Program-made: the position numbers and the translations under genes
The notes under the pieces: generated by a model
The model's input: only the letters and a program-made list of their open reading frames with translations
Told to the model about the DNA's origin: nothing
Databases searched by the model: none
Assembly: GCF_947568905.1 (NCBI RefSeq)
Contig: NC_079170.1
Coordinates: forward strand, 14,446,001 to 14,510,000
Reading direction: 5' to 3'
DNA: 64,000 nucleotides
Source: Ostrea edulis
Taxonomy: Eukaryota
Shown: positions 38,998 to 52,402 of the stretch, piece after piece
Layout: every line of letters begins with the position of its first letter
How positions within the stretch are numbered: position 1 is the stretch's first letter

Positions 38998-40221
38998 AGG
39001 GTTTGACTGTAATGGTATCGGAACACATTCGATATGGAGACTTCAGAGATATCTATAAGCTGTGATGAACGTGACATCAAACACCGCTCAACGCTCCCCC
39101 AGGTTACACGACCGGCATTCATTTCAAAGGATGCGCCGCCGCATTGTGTTTACATTTGATTGCATTTGAAATGTTTACCATCAGAGTCAATGACAACTTC
39201 GTGAGAATCGTCTTTCAGTTCTTGTGATGTCAAAGCAAGGGCGATTAGTACTAATTCCTGATTACGTCGAGTCTTTGTGCGTAAATCAAGTACGTATATA
39301 TAGTATGTGACACGTGAAAGTGTAAATATCGATTGTGGTATTAATGTTTCTCCGTATTATGTGTCTGATGGACGAGGTTTAGAAATTGCGTCATTCTTGC
39401 TCTGCAGAACTACAAATATATACTACATTATTGTAAATATTTAATGTCTATATATAAACAACACGAATCAGAACAGTATAGATAAGTTTATTCCAATTTT
39501 GGGCCCAGAGGGCATAACAGTAAGACAGTTTATAAAGAAGGAAATTCAAAAAAGAAAGAAAGTTTACAACATTAACTACAGGTTACATAGACTGCAAACT
39601 GCATGCGGATGCAACATGCTGGGGAAACAAGTACATATATATGAATTGCTAATCATGTATATATAGAATTGATGTAAAAGGGATAAAATCGAGATAATTT
39701 GGTGTTTTGAGTTTTGAGTTTTGATGTTGCAATTTAAATCAAAAGATTTTGTCATTTATTTCTCCGAGAGTGGAAGAAATTATTGCTTCTTTTATCGTTC
39801 ACATTTTTCTAAACAAATGACTACTATTTACCTTAATTTTGAAAATTTTAGGGTGGTGGTGGCGCCGGCTACACCCCTTAAATCCGCTACTGGTCCTCGA
39901 CAACATTTATGATATCAATTCGTCCAGTTACAAAAGATTTACCAAATCTTTTATTATACCCAGTGAATATAATTGCACCAAAATATATATTACTAACATG
40001 CACAAAGTTTAAGGAAATAAAGATCATGCAAAATGTACAACGTTACATGAGTGTGGAGCAACCTTAGAATTTTAGAGGTTGATTTAATGCATTGCATCAA
40101 AATATGTCAAATGCAGTGTGTATCCTGAATGATTCTCTTCAAAGTATCCAGTTTCCATTCTACATGTAAATGACCGTGTATGATAGTGTAGCGAGATCGA
40201 AGTCAATTTTGTCTACTTGCC

Positions 40222-40445
40222 TGGATGGTCGAGCAATCTAACGCGCTGGTCACACATTGCTACTGGATGGTCGAACAATCTAACGCTTCTACTAGATGGT
40301 GGAGCGGTCTAACTCGCTGGTCAGACATTGCTACCAGATGGTCGAGTGATCTAACGCGCTGGTCAGCCATTTCTACTAGATGGTCAAACGGTCTAACTCG
40401 CTGGTCAGACATTTCTACTAGATGGTGGAGCGGTCTAACGCGCTA
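40222..40445. repeat. About 42-bp degenerate minisatellite
   Basis: Unit approximately ctactagatggtcgagcggtctaacgcgctggtcagacatt, 5-6 copies. Confidence 0.85.
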
Positions 40446-42396
40446 GCTGTGCACACTCTTTAGTATATTTGGTTCTGTAGGTCAGCCCCGGTTGGGGGTG
40501 GAAGTGTGTATCCACGTATAGTGACTTTCTCTAGATCTATGTATTCTATACATGTATATTGGTTAGCAGTCGCCTGGTATCCGAGGCCCTCCGATGTTCA
40601 ACGAACGACACCGGAAGGTATCGGGTACCAGGCTATGCTTAGCAGTAGAAACTCGGACTTGGATGCCTTTCTGACAGCTATTCGAATGAACAGTTTCTTT
40701 TTAACCATTTTAAATCGATATATTCGCATTAAAAACCAACTCATTTTATAAAGATAAAAATAGGTTATTTATTGAGAATAAATAACAACAAGTAAACATG
40801 AATAAAACACCAGCTGCCTAGTATATGAAACTTACCCATAATGCAACGAATAAAAATGCCCAATCAGGCAAATGATAAAAAAGAGTTGACTACCGCTACT
40901 TTATGCACTAATACAAGATTACATCATTTGTATTTTACCAACAATACTGGGACTAGTACATCAGACTAGAAAATTGAGATTTTTCAATAAAACAAAACGT
41001 GGTATGGGGCGATTGAAATCAAAATCTTTAGAAGCGTCCATTGCCTGCCTCTGTATAGGTGAAGGTTTCTATGAAAACGCTTTCCGTCTGGTCGTAAAGA
41101 AATTCTCTCGGTAGAAATGTTTATCACAGAATATTAATATTTGTATCAGCCCTCGACGGAAGGAAATTAAAATCGAGCTATGCATTATTATAGTGTATAA
41201 TACAGACGGATTCGCGAGAGTAATAATGATTTCCCCCCTACCCTATTCGTCTCAGCTTGGAATTAGATGATTGAAGTTTGAACAAATCGTAATGTTGTCG
41301 ATCCACACATGCAACATCAAATTTCAAGCCCTATACAATCTGTAATATCCAGGAGGCTCCAGGGACTTCGTCCCTGGGCCCCCATCAGGGCTTCACTCTG
41401 GACCCACTGGGGGCCTCAAGAAGGACCCAGGCCGTCTGTCTCATAAACTTGCGCCCCCTCTAACCGCAATTCCTGGATCCGCCCCTGAGGACAGTAACTG
41501 CTATGCTGGTATTTTCTCTATTGTTTGTTATTGATACAATGATTTCCTTGTTGAATCCACAATTAATTCACACATGTATATGTACACCTGAATTTATACA
41601 GTAGAGGTTTTTGTTTTGAAACTGTTGAAAATTTGTCATTTTTAAACAGTTTTTATGTATTTTTATTATGTCATTTAATGAAAATGTGCGATTTTCTGAT
41701 GTTGATATATACATCTGTTTATGTATGTCTGACATCTTCAAAAACTTGTACGTTTTCTTTGGTTATTGATTAAATGAAACTATATTCAGTGGAAATTAAT
41801 ATAATTTTCTAGATTGAACCATCCATAATGCCACTTTGTGATCTCAATGAAGAGATTTAGTTTGAAAGAGATTAAGATTATTTATAAGTCGATATAGCTG
41901 AACAAGCAACGTACATATAGGCAACAGAGAATATCACATATGGTATAATATGACAGAGTCGTTATGTGGAATCTAAGCAAGGGGCCGAACTCCCAAGAAT
42001 TATGTAGATAATCGTCACGCCGTAAGAATAAATGCAATCTTAAAATAAATCAACATGTTCATTCAATGAAATTTCCCATTCAGCTCTATCCGCTGAACCA
42101 TTTTCCTATTTTGAGTGAAACAACTTGCATCCCAATTTAATGATAATTAATGACGGTGAAAGTTGTATATAAACCTGTTAATATCACAAATGAAATTTAT
42201 GCCACCATGTGGAACTTTAATTTCATTGTTAATTTTAAATCTCATTCCTCTAATCCGCGATTTTAATTTACTACTTCTAACACTAATCTCTTTGTGGGGT
42301 CACACTTTCTTATGCTCTCGTTATTCAAGACCCTTAGTGCTGACCACAAATCAAAACTTGCTGAACATGGACGCGTAGCGTTTAATTTTCATAACC

Positions 42397-42930
42397 ATGT
42401 CTTGGTGGACGGGCGATATAAGGAATTACTCCAATGAGGAATTCCATGGTTATTTCAGTGATATCCGACTGGTTGCTTTGCGAACGTTGCCGAGAAAACC
42501 ACCAAAGGAGATATTGTCCCTTCTACGGACAACCTCTGTACACTCCCCTTACGCCCAGGCGGAGTCGGCACTCGCAACACCGTCCTCCATCCAAAGTACT
42601 CGCGAGTTTTCCTTTCTACCTGAAACTACAGAATTTGCTTATTCGCCCAACCATGACCTTCATCTTGATCTCGGAACACCGAGCACAACAGAAGAACGAT
42701 TCAGCTACTTTCCTGTCTCTGCCAGGACTCGCCTGCACAAATGGCAGCAACTCAACGATGATGAATCTCATAAATCAAGTGATGGCAGCAAGAAAAGTTC
42801 CATATTCCAGAAATTTGCTTATGGCATGGCGGTATATGTCGCCATTGCTCTATTAGCGCTTATCGTTATTGTTGGGATTTTAGTAACGTCTCTCAAAACA
42901 TTGGACAACAATATCAATGAAATGAAAAAA
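42397..42930 (+). CDS. Tandem M13 (neprilysin/ECE-like) pseudo-peptidase, exon 1: cytoplasmic tail plus type II TM helix
   Basis: accATG after an in-frame stop. 178 codons. Hydrophobic FAYGMAVYVAIALLALIVIVGILVTSL preceded by KK..K. Donor AAA|GTAAGT, phase 0. Confidence 0.85.
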
Positions 42931-43266
42931 GTAAGTATATCAAAATTCATTGATTTAATCAATCATAATGTAACATCAATCATATTGTGAATGGTGTGGA
43001 TTCAAAGAGCTAGGAGGAAATGAAAATAAATTGTTTTCTCAGCGTGTTCAGCATCATCGTTGGAAACTCGGGGCTGATTATAAACTGTGTGCCTTTCTCC
43101 CCCACACGATTCATTAATGAGCGTTACTTTCTCTTTCACTTAGTAGATGAAGCTGCATTTCTTTCTTTCGTCAATTTTTTTTTCATTACCCTGCAGGTTT
43201 TTCTCCATGTGAAAAGCCATCAAGTTGTGTTTCCCTTTTCCGTGCACGGTTCATTAAGCTCCGTTC

Positions 43267-44692
43267 CTTTCTCCCACACAGGGTTGACAAGCAATATTAC
43301 TTTCTCCCACACAGGGTTGACAAGCAATATCCCTTTCTCCCACACAGGGTTGACAAGCAATATTCCTTTCTACAGCATAGGGATGACAAGCAATATTCCT
43401 TTCTACAACACAGGGATGACAAGCAATATTCCTTTCTACAGCACAGGGTTGACAAGCAATATTCCTTTCTCTCACACAGGGTTGACAAGCAATATTCCTT
43501 TCTCCCACACAGGGATGACAAGCAATATTCCTTTCTCCCACACAGGGATGCCAAGCAATATTCTTTTCTACAGCACAGGGTTGAAAAGCAATATCCCTTT
43601 CTCCCACACAGGGTTGACAAGCAATATCCCTTTCTCCCACACAGGGATGACAAGCAATATTCCTTTCTCCAACACAGGGTTGACAAACAATATTTCTTTC
43701 TCCCATACAGGGTTGATAAGCAATATCCCTTTCTCCCACACAGGGTTGACAAGCAATATTCCTTTCTATCTCACAGGGTTGACAAGCAATATTCCTTCCT
43801 GCCACACAGGGTTGATAAGCAATATCCCTTTCTCCCACACAGGGTTGATAAGCAATATCCCTTTCTCCCACACAGGGTTGATAAGTAATATCCCTTTCTC
43901 CCACACAGGGTTGACAAGCAATATTCCTTTCTGTCTCACAGGGTTGACAAGCAATATTTCTTTCTGCCACACAGGGTTGATAAGCAATACCCCTTTCTCC
44001 CACACAGGGTTGATAAGCAATATCCCTTTCTCCCACACAGGGTTGATAAGTAATATCACTTTCTCCCACACAGGGTTGACAAGCAATATTCCTTTCTGTC
44101 TCACAGGGTTGACAAGCAATATTTCTTTCTGCCACACAGGGTTGATAAGCAATACCCCTTTCTCCCACACAGGGTTGATAAGCAATATCCCTTTCTCCCA
44201 CACAGGGTTGATAAGTAATATCACTTTCTCCCACACAGAGTTGACAAGCAATGTCCCTTTCCCCCCTACAGGGTTGACAAGCAATGTCCCTTTCCCCCAT
44301 ACAGGGTTGATAAGCAATGTCCCTTTCCCCCATACAGGGTTGATAAGCAATGTCCCTTTCTCCCACATAGGGTTGACAAGCAATATCCCTTTCTCCCATA
44401 CAGGGTTGACAAGCAATGTCCCTTTCCCCTATACAGGGTTGATAAGCAATGTCCCTTTCCCCCATACAGGGTTGATAAGCACTGTAACTTTCTCCCACAC
44501 AGGGTTGACAAGCAATATCCCTTTCTCCCATACAGGGTTGACAAGCAATGTCCCTTTCTCCCATACAGGGTTGATAAGCAATGTCCCTTTCCCCATTACA
44601 GGGTTGATAAGCAATGTCCCTTTCCCCCATACAGGGTTGATAAGCAATGTCCCTTTCCCCCATACAGGGTTGATAAGCAATATCCATTTCCC
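43267..44692. repeat. 33-bp minisatellite, about 43 copies, in intron 1 of the M13 gene
   Basis: Unit cacacagggttga(c/t)aagcaatatccctttctcc. Degenerate related units extend to about 43110 and 45130. Produces long stop-free frames on both strands. Confidence 0.95.
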
Positions 44693-45872
44693 AATGACAC
44701 TGTTGATTTTGCCGTATTCATTTCTCCACTGCAGGATTCGTTAAGCTACATTATTTTAATTTGTTCATCACAATGTTCCTTACTCCTTCACAAGTTAGAT
44801 TAAACTACACCCACCCCCAATATATTAAGCTGCATTTCTATCTCCAACACAAGGTTCAATAAGATGTGCTCTTTTCTCAACCATCTTGGTGATAAAGCTA
44901 CATTAATTTATCTGGCATGTTGTTGATTAAGTTACATTCATTTATCCATCACGTTGTTCATTAAGCTACATTTATTTATTGATCATATCGTTGATTAAGC
45001 TATATTCTTTTATCCATCATGCGGTTGATAATGCTGTGTTCCTTTAACCACCACGCGGATAATTAGAATGCATTCGTTCTTCTTCACACCGTGGATTCTG
45101 CTGTGTTCCTTAACAGACTGCGTTAATTTCACCATCATTCGGTTCATTATAATTATGCTGTGTTTTATTTTGTTTATTTACATTTTGTTTAGTTTTTTCT
45201 CACATCACTAATGTAAAAGTAATGTATTTTTTTCTCTATGTGTTGGGTTCAGCTACGTTCCCTTATTGATGACATAGCTGTATATAGCTTCTCTGTTTAC
45301 GATGTGGTTCATTGAACAGTGTTACGGTCTCGTTTGATAAAATTGCGTCCCAGATAATGTTACACCTACAACTATACATATAAACAGCGGTGATTTTTCG
45401 ACGACAGTTTAGCACGCATCTCAAAGAAACGTCATAAATGTTAGACGTTTTTGTCTATATTGTTTCAAAAGATATAATATAGAAACAATTTTATAGCGAA
45501 CTGAATTTCCGCTTGAATGTTGCAGATTGGTGGTATCTAGCTCATGGGGGAAATGATAACACAAACTTCCATGCACTTCAGTGTGCTGTGTAGGTTTTCA
45601 TAATATTTATAGACATATCTTTTAATCTTAAGCTTTATAAAGATGTATGTATCACACGAAATGCAAAGCAATAATAATGAATCTAAGCGTGAAATGGTTC
45701 GACAGAATATTATCGAATAGAACACCTTTTCTGGGTACTAACACTCGCTTATTGTTTCATTCAAACAGCGTCTTTTTTGTGTGATAAACTTGATAAGGAT
45801 GAGGCAGCAGGCTGAGTCTTTGTAAACCTTTACGTGTATCATGACTTATCTATGTCCTTTTTTATGTTTAAG

Positions 45873-46512
45873 GAGAATATGGCTCCATTAACAGGCAACG
45901 ACCCCCCTCTATATCCTACAACAACAACTAGTAGTGCAATATCAACTAAATTCCAACAACCAAAACCAAATTCTGAGGTAACAAACATGGCGACCACCAC
46001 TACATTAAAAACTACCAATCCAACACCAAAACCAACTGTTCCACAGCCAACAACATCAACAAAAACTGTAACTAAGGTCATCACGGAGTCACCAACGACA
46101 ACAAAAACATCATCAACAACACCATCTCCACCATCAACGATAGCAACTAGTACTACGAGGACGACGAGGACGCCAACAACAACGACAACAGCAAAACCTT
46201 TACCTACCACCACACAGACAACAACAAAGTCGACAACAACAGTAACGACGACACGGACAACCCAATCACCAATTACAACATCGCCACCTTCGACGGACCC
46301 AATGCTCTGTGACAGTTCATTCTGTAGTTCACTAGCGTACGAAATGTTGGGACGAATGAATACGTCGGTGGATCCATGTTCTGATTTTTACAGCTACTCT
46401 TGTGGGGCATGGATCTCAAGCAGGAGACTCTTACTCGAAATGAATGTCATAGAAACTGATAGGAATTCTGTGATGAGTGACGTCAAGTTAAACCTGAAAC
46501 AAAGACTGAAAG
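45873..46512 (+). CDS. M13 gene exon 2: Thr/Pro mucin-like stalk plus start of M13 module 1
   Basis: tttaAG|GAG in phase 0. About 150-aa T/P-rich stalk, then LCDSSFC..LGRMNTSVDPCSDFYSYSCGAW (M13 C....C...DPC.DFY...CG.W signature). Donor AAAG|GTAAAT, phase 1. Confidence 0.92.
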
Positions 46513-46770
46513 GTAAATACAATGGCTTACATTCTTTCAAGGATTTTTAAAAATCGTTTCTTCTGTTTCTTTTTTAATTCCAACACTGGTGCACGTCTTA
46601 TTTTTACCAATGGGAAGTAAAATGTCAGTATCCGCCATATTTGTTTAAGGATTATTTCAATGATTCCAAAGGAACGGGAGGGGTGTAGTATATATACTAC
46701 ATGTACTTCGTTTTCCACATAGTGGGTACTTGCTGCGTAATTTATTTCATTTAAATTATTTGTTTTTCAG

Positions 46771-46878
46771 ATATGCTAAGTGAAACAGTAATTTCAAGTG
46801 ATTCCGATTATATGAAGGCCATCAAACTTCATTTCCAGAGTTGTCTGGACTCAAATACCAGACCGGACAGCAGTCTAA
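46771..46878 (+). CDS. M13 module 1 exon (..KAIKLHFQSCLD..)
   Basis: 108 nt, phase 1/1, ttttcAG| ... |GTATGT. Matches the M13 K...fy.SCl motif. Confidence 0.85.
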
Positions 46879-47246
46879 GTATGTACAACATCCCAATGGA
46901 CTATGCTCTTCTCAATTTCCTTTTCATAAATATATGTAATTTAATATATTGAGACGCAATACATTATCGTGCAACATGTATTCTATTGTATGTAATTATC
47001 TGTAGATGGTAATAGTATTTCAAATTGGTAAACTTTGTGTAAGTATTTTTTTTCAATGTATGATGTTGACGAAAAAGAAAACTGTAATCGCGGTTTTTCC
47101 TCGATGTATGGGCATTTTTACAGTTTCAATAATTCAGATTGTTACATTTCTTACCTGATCAAGATAGAGAGCTGCTTATTCTTCCTAGGCAGCTGATCCT
47201 ACCTCTGGTGTGTCCAGAGATCCATGTTAACCCTGCTCTTAATAAG

Positions 47247-47505
47247 CCGTTCTTGGCAAACTGATTTGACTACGGATAACTCCGTTTACCTGATCAGGAT
47301 ATGGGGCTCACGGCGGGTGTGACCGGTCAACAGGGGATGCTTACTCTTCCTAGGCACCTGATCCCACCTCTCGTGTGTCCAGGGGTCCGTGTTTGCCCAA
47401 CTATCTATTTTGTATTGCTTGTAGGAGTTATGAGATTGATCACTGTTCGTTATCTTCACCTTGCATTTATGAGATTGATCACTGTTCGTTGTCTTTACTT
47501 TTCAT
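47247..47505 (+). mobile_element. Penelope-like element 3' end with partial terminal duplication
   Basis: Family 3' sequence ...gttatcttcaccttgcat followed by a second ttatgagattgatcactgttcgtt...ttttcat. Confidence 0.78.
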
Positions 47506-47509
47506 AAAG

Positions 47510-47685
47510 TAACCAAAGATGTGCAGAGTATGCTAGAGAATCTTGGGGTTGATCGCTCCATGACGTCAGTTTTGACACCATCCATGATGCAGTACTCCCT
47601 TTTCTCGGATTATGGCGCCTTTGGTTTCTTTAAGTATGAAATCACGGGAAAAGTTGTTAAAGATACAAAAAGGAGCATCCTTCAG
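47510..47685 (+). CDS. M13 module 1 exon (..MMQYSLFSDYGAFGFFKYEI..SILQ)
   Basis: 176 nt, phase 1/0. Same length as the paralogous exon 62213-62388. Confidence 0.8.
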
Positions 47686-48245
47686 GTTTGCACAAACGTT
47701 TGAGACCATAGTTCAAATTCATTATACATGTATACTTTTTTATGATTAATTCAACCGTAAAACCATCTAACATAATTGAATGTACCACTGTTATACCATG
47801 CAAACCATTTGATTCTAATAGTTCAACTTAATAAGTATTTGTAAATATCTGTTTCACTATAAACAAATTATCTACCTTTTGAACAATTTTATTTTTCGAA
47901 TATCTAATTACAAGCTCAGAATGATACTTTCTGGAAAAAGTGATATTTGAGAAATTCTTGCACATGTATATATGTAAATATTTTCAACATTTTAAATGTG
48001 TATTCCAAGTGGTCTCCCAACTAAATCTTGATTCTGAAAATTAGGTGTCTAATTTGAGAAATCCAACAATAAGGGTACTCGTTAAAACTTCTCCTAATTG
48101 TTGATAGGAATAAAATACTTTTCTATGCCACCAACCACTGAAACAATGGTAAATATCTACCGACTGGATGCTTTAATGTTGTACAACTGGTATAAATATG
48201 ACCATCAATGAACTCGTTCATGATATTTTCACACACTTTTCACAG

Positions 48246-48308
48246 CTTTCTCCACCTGATTTGTATTTACAACAGAGTGTGTATCTTCTCCCGTCTGAAG
48301 ACAACGAG
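48246..48308 (+). CDS. M13 module 1 exon (LSPPDLYLQQSVYLLPSEDNE)
   Basis: 63 nt, phase 0/0, cacAG| ... GAG|GTAAGG. Paralog at 62564-62626. Confidence 0.8.
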
Positions 48309-48384
48309 GTAAGGATATTACAAGAGTAAAGTTTAATGTTGCTAAATCAGATGGCTCTGAAGAAGGATTTCTTAATTTTGTATT

Positions 48385-48538
48385 AATCCTTGTAGGAGTT
48401 ATCCCACCTCTGGTGTGTCCAGGGGTCCGTGTTTGCCCAACTATCTATTTTGTATTGCTTGTAGGAGTTATGAGATTGATCACTGTTCGTTATCTTCACC
48501 TTGCATTGATCTCTGTTCGTTATTTTCACCTTTTCATC
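48385..48538 (+). mobile_element. Penelope-like element 3' end fragment
   Basis: Same family. Shares the variants gcttgtaggag and caccttgcat with the copy at 47247. Confidence 0.75.
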
Positions 48539-50053
48539 TGTTCACTGAAAGTATAGAACATCTGAAACAATGTTTGTCGTTAAAAATACGGTCCGCTTTG
48601 ATCCATTTTGCCCCCAAAGTTCAAGTTAAAAAAAACTTCAATGACGTCACAGTATTGCAAGAACATGGATATCGATTTAGACAGGGATCATTCAATAATT
48701 TCAAAATGTTTCTTGCTGACCCCACCATTTTCAATATCAAGCCACGGCACTGGCGTTGAATAATACATTGTTGGTTTGTTGGATAAAGATGACATTCCTT
48801 GCTTCTCCTCCTCCCTTACCAAAACTGAACCACGATGACGAGTCCGTATGATTTAACTGCCACCTGTCATATCATCTCAGCTTCTGACTTTCCGTGTCGA
48901 CGATTAGAATGAATTGTTTCATGATGTGGTTATTTTCGTACTCACCGCCTGTCATTGAAGAACACTGGTACAGGTCAAAAACCTATCGCCCATGTTCACC
49001 CATGAACAAGAACGATAATCCACGAATATGGCATAGAGGTCAGAAAGACAATGCATTTGAAAATTAGAACTACGTGTATCACATTAGGTCATACACCCTT
49101 GTTTTGCATGTTGTCGTAAATGCACGTGAATTGACTGTTTCGTATATCATGATTCGCACGTGTTGCTATTTACTGAAAGTACAACGTAGCTTGGCATCTG
49201 ATCGGACCTCTCGACTTGGGACATCCAACAGATTTGATATTCTACAAGATCTCGATCTGTCACACATGATCTACTCTTATCTACATCCACAGCATCGTAG
49301 TAGAACACGGTTGTGAGTCCCCGCATGGATACCCGTGGGTAATCAATGATACATCCACAGATAATCTGCATGTTCTTGAGAGGGTACATGTATATATTAC
49401 CTCAAACGTATACAGCACGATTTTAAATCAAGGTAGATAAGATTATGGTTTTGGGGTGCAGAGAGTATATTTTGGAATATTTTAGTGAAAGTATTAATCG
49501 AAGAAACGCATTGGTATTTTACCCCAATGTGTTAGGTACAATTTCAAATGAAGTTTGACGTTCTTTTGACAGATTCAGTAGGAATGACCTTTTTGGCACG
49601 TTTTAATGGACATTTTATTGCTAGAAATATTTCCTTAGCATACTTTAAAATGATTCATGGTCAATAAAGGTGTAGCTACAATTCCTCTGTAGACTTTCTG
49701 GCGAGTTCTGAAGGAATACGAGAGAGTATGAAGAAGGAAATTAGTTGAAACATAAAGAAACATTGCATCATCATGAGTAGATATATCTGCTATCAAACTC
49801 TGGGTCTTTTGGTTACGTTGATATTGTTGAAGACAACTTTACATGACCATGAAACAATTTTAAAACTACTCACTTTTCTAAATATTCCCGACAGGGACGT
49901 AAAACAATATTCAATCAATCAATTAATCAATCATTACTTTTCTGAACGTATTGTAACTTCATTGTCACCACTTATAGCGTCACCATGACGACACATCAAG
50001 TTGAACATGCCCAAATGTGTACGTTCTATGAGGAGATCGGCGGAAGTGATTAT

Positions 50054-50310
50054 TATTTGCTTGGTTCACGTTCTTTCCAGACTTTTTTCACTCCCATTGA
50101 GGCGTTGTAGGTGAAGTGCCACAGAAGAAGACCGCGACACTGGACCTCCATTCCAAGGTCTTATCCGAAAAAACCATGAATTAGCGAAGGAACAATCACA
50201 ACCTATGTTTACGTCTTAGGTTTGACACGGCCATATCATGAGCGGGGCCTGACCTTACAAGCTCCCTGTCACAAAGCGAACTTTCTACTACTGAGCTACC
50301 GCGACCGGTC
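50054..50310 (-). mobile_element. tRNA-derived SINE, degenerate
   Basis: Minus-strand head gaccggtcgcggtagctcagtagtaga (A-box) with a decayed B-box. 3' part gtggcacttcacctaca..gagtgaaaaa resembles the tail region of the SINE at 9615. Confidence 0.65.
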
Positions 50311-51061
50311 GGCTGAAGTGGTCGGGTAGATATGAATAAGCGTTGTTTCATGCAATTCCGCAAATTAAAAAAATGGTTGACAGTAAAACAGACGCAAATC
50401 ATATTGAGATGATCAGATGAGGAAAGGAAAACTGTGTAAAACAGTACTATTTCCGCCATATGTCTTTAGTGACACAGCACCATTACCGTGATGTCCTTGA
50501 CAGTGACCTTGGGTACTCCTTGTAGAGATTGTGATGGAAAATTACAATAGTTTTTTCATAATCCGAAGTAGTCGTAAGATATTATGTCAAATTTACCGCT
50601 TCCTACTGCATTGTCCACTAAATATCATGATATATGGAACAGCGGGGGTTCATGGTGAATAGTAGCCTTAACACGAATGTGCCAAGTTTCGATGGCTCAA
50701 GTATAAGTTCTTTGCAGTCAGAAAATTCTTATCATTCGCATCCATCGGAAAGACAGCATTCCATTGATTTGAATTAATAGTGGATATACAGTTAAAGTAT
50801 ATATTTAACAACAAATTGTTAGACTATTGATCCACATTTTTAAAGATTGAGTTGTACTTTGGGAATGAAATTTGAGAAGTAATTTTTTTTTTCATTTGGT
50901 TAACACGTTTTTATTAAACCAGAGCTATATTCGTATTCTTCATCCTAGAATTACATGGGAGATACTGCCAACGAAAAGTACACTAACTTAAAATCAATAA
51001 GTACTACAGGTGTATGTACAATAATATAATGGTAATGATACAAATGTTCAATAACTTTCAG

Positions 51062-51140
51062 ATTGCCAGGCGGTATTTTGATAGATTAGTCCCGTTGATT
51101 CAGCGTTTCAACAGTAATCTTAGACCGGTTTCTAACCTTG
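51062..51140 (+). CDS. M13 module 1 exon (IARRYFDRLVPLIQRFNSNLRPVSNL)
   Basis: 79 nt, phase 0/1, tttcAG| ... G|GTAAGT. Aligns with the paralog at 62873-62948. Confidence 0.8.
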
Positions 51141-51441
51141 GTAAGTAGGAATCGCAAAATCATGTTTTGTAATACATCACAGGATAGGAATGCGGATTCA
51201 GTTTTCCAATTCATATTCTCTCATTCTGGTGCAAGATTCAGAGTGCAAGTTAAGAAGCAAGTATGGCAAAAATACAAAGTGAAAGTATAACACCGGGGTA
51301 AAATGATCTAGAGTCGTATGACATACTTGTTTGAGCTATATCAAGGTACTATGTGTGACAACTAATCCTGACTTTTAATTATATATAAGGATACATATAT
51401 GCATTGCCTTATTAAGATATTCATACTTTTACAACTACCAG

Positions 51442-51509
51442 ATAATATAGACGGAGAGCTGCGACTGAAAGTTGCAGAAGTCTTCGAATTTGAAAGACAA
51501 ATATCACAG
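51442..51509 (+). CDS. M13 module 1 exon (DNIDGELRLKVAEVFEFERQISQ)
   Basis: 68 nt, phase 1/0. Matches the M13 v..FE..LA motif. Confidence 0.82.
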
Positions 51510-51669
51510 GTAATCTAGGCCTACATGACATTCATCAGAATATTTTTAGATCTCTTTTTCCTTTGTTAATTTTTGTTTATTAAATAAATAATATTGGTTT
51601 AGAATTTAGGTAATTTAAATTTCATAGAATTATTTGTGTTGTTACAGCATGTTAATTCGTGCATTGTAG

Positions 51670-52402
51670 GCTATTCGTGTTGCAAAGTCTTCTAATGAAG
51701 AGAAAGTATCATACTCAGTCAGTGCACTACAAAAGAATCTCCCAAACATTGACTGGACCGTAGCTCTACCGCAGCAACAGTTGTCTTATGACACACCTGT
51801 TCAACTCAACCACCCTAGCTATTTTTCATCTCTGAATGGCATGCTTGGCAGGAACCAACAATCTACACTTGTCATGTACCTTTATATTCGCGCCATTTTA
51901 ACAGGAATCCTTCCATCTGCGCCAAAATCAACTCGCCAATTCATGGATAGTATGTACGATACAGAGACTGCACAAGAATACACGTCAGTAGACTGCTTGG
52001 ATAGTACGCTGAAACTACTTCCAGAGGAAGTGCTTGTGGAGTATACAAGAACATATTCCCAAGATATCAAAAACGTACGGGACTATCTCTCCTCTTTATT
52101 TAGAAATCTAACGGATGAAAGCATCCAGTCTTTTTCTTCTTACCCTGGTTACAGCGACGAAACCAAATTCAGAATGTCCGGGATTTTGTCATCTCTCAAT
52201 CTAGTGAGTGCGCCGATACCAGTGATTCCCTGGACGGTCGTTCTATCCACAAATAACGATGTGCTTCATTTATTTAGAGCTAATTTTGCCCATCAGGCAC
52301 ATGCTTCTCGGTTGATGAACAGAATAGGAGAAGTATATACCGTTCCCGATATACCATGGTATGATGTAGATATCGTGTATGATAAAGAAATCAACACTCT
52401 AG
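51670..52402 (+). CDS. M13 module 1 large exon (LQKNLPNIDW ... DCLDST ... YDVDIVYDKEINTL)
   Basis: 733 nt open, phase 0/1. Contains the P.idW motif, a conserved Cys, and VDIVY at the VNAFY position. Confidence 0.88.

Noticed and set aside
1154-42378. Numerous 60-120 aa ORFs from the six-frame track
   Set aside because: No recognisable motifs. Consistent with chance ORFs in AT-rich intronic or repeat DNA, apart from the RT fragments listed as mobile elements.
43254-44687. 477-aa Cys-rich minus-strand repeat ORF and other ORFs over the 33-bp array
   Set aside because: Expected from a stop-poor unit whose length is a multiple of 3. No unique flanking domain or gene context.
47280-47400. Possible twister or HDV-like ribozyme in the Penelope-like 3' UTR hairpins
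   Set aside because: Only simple hairpins could be assigned by eye and the required pseudoknots were not found. An Infernal search would be needed.
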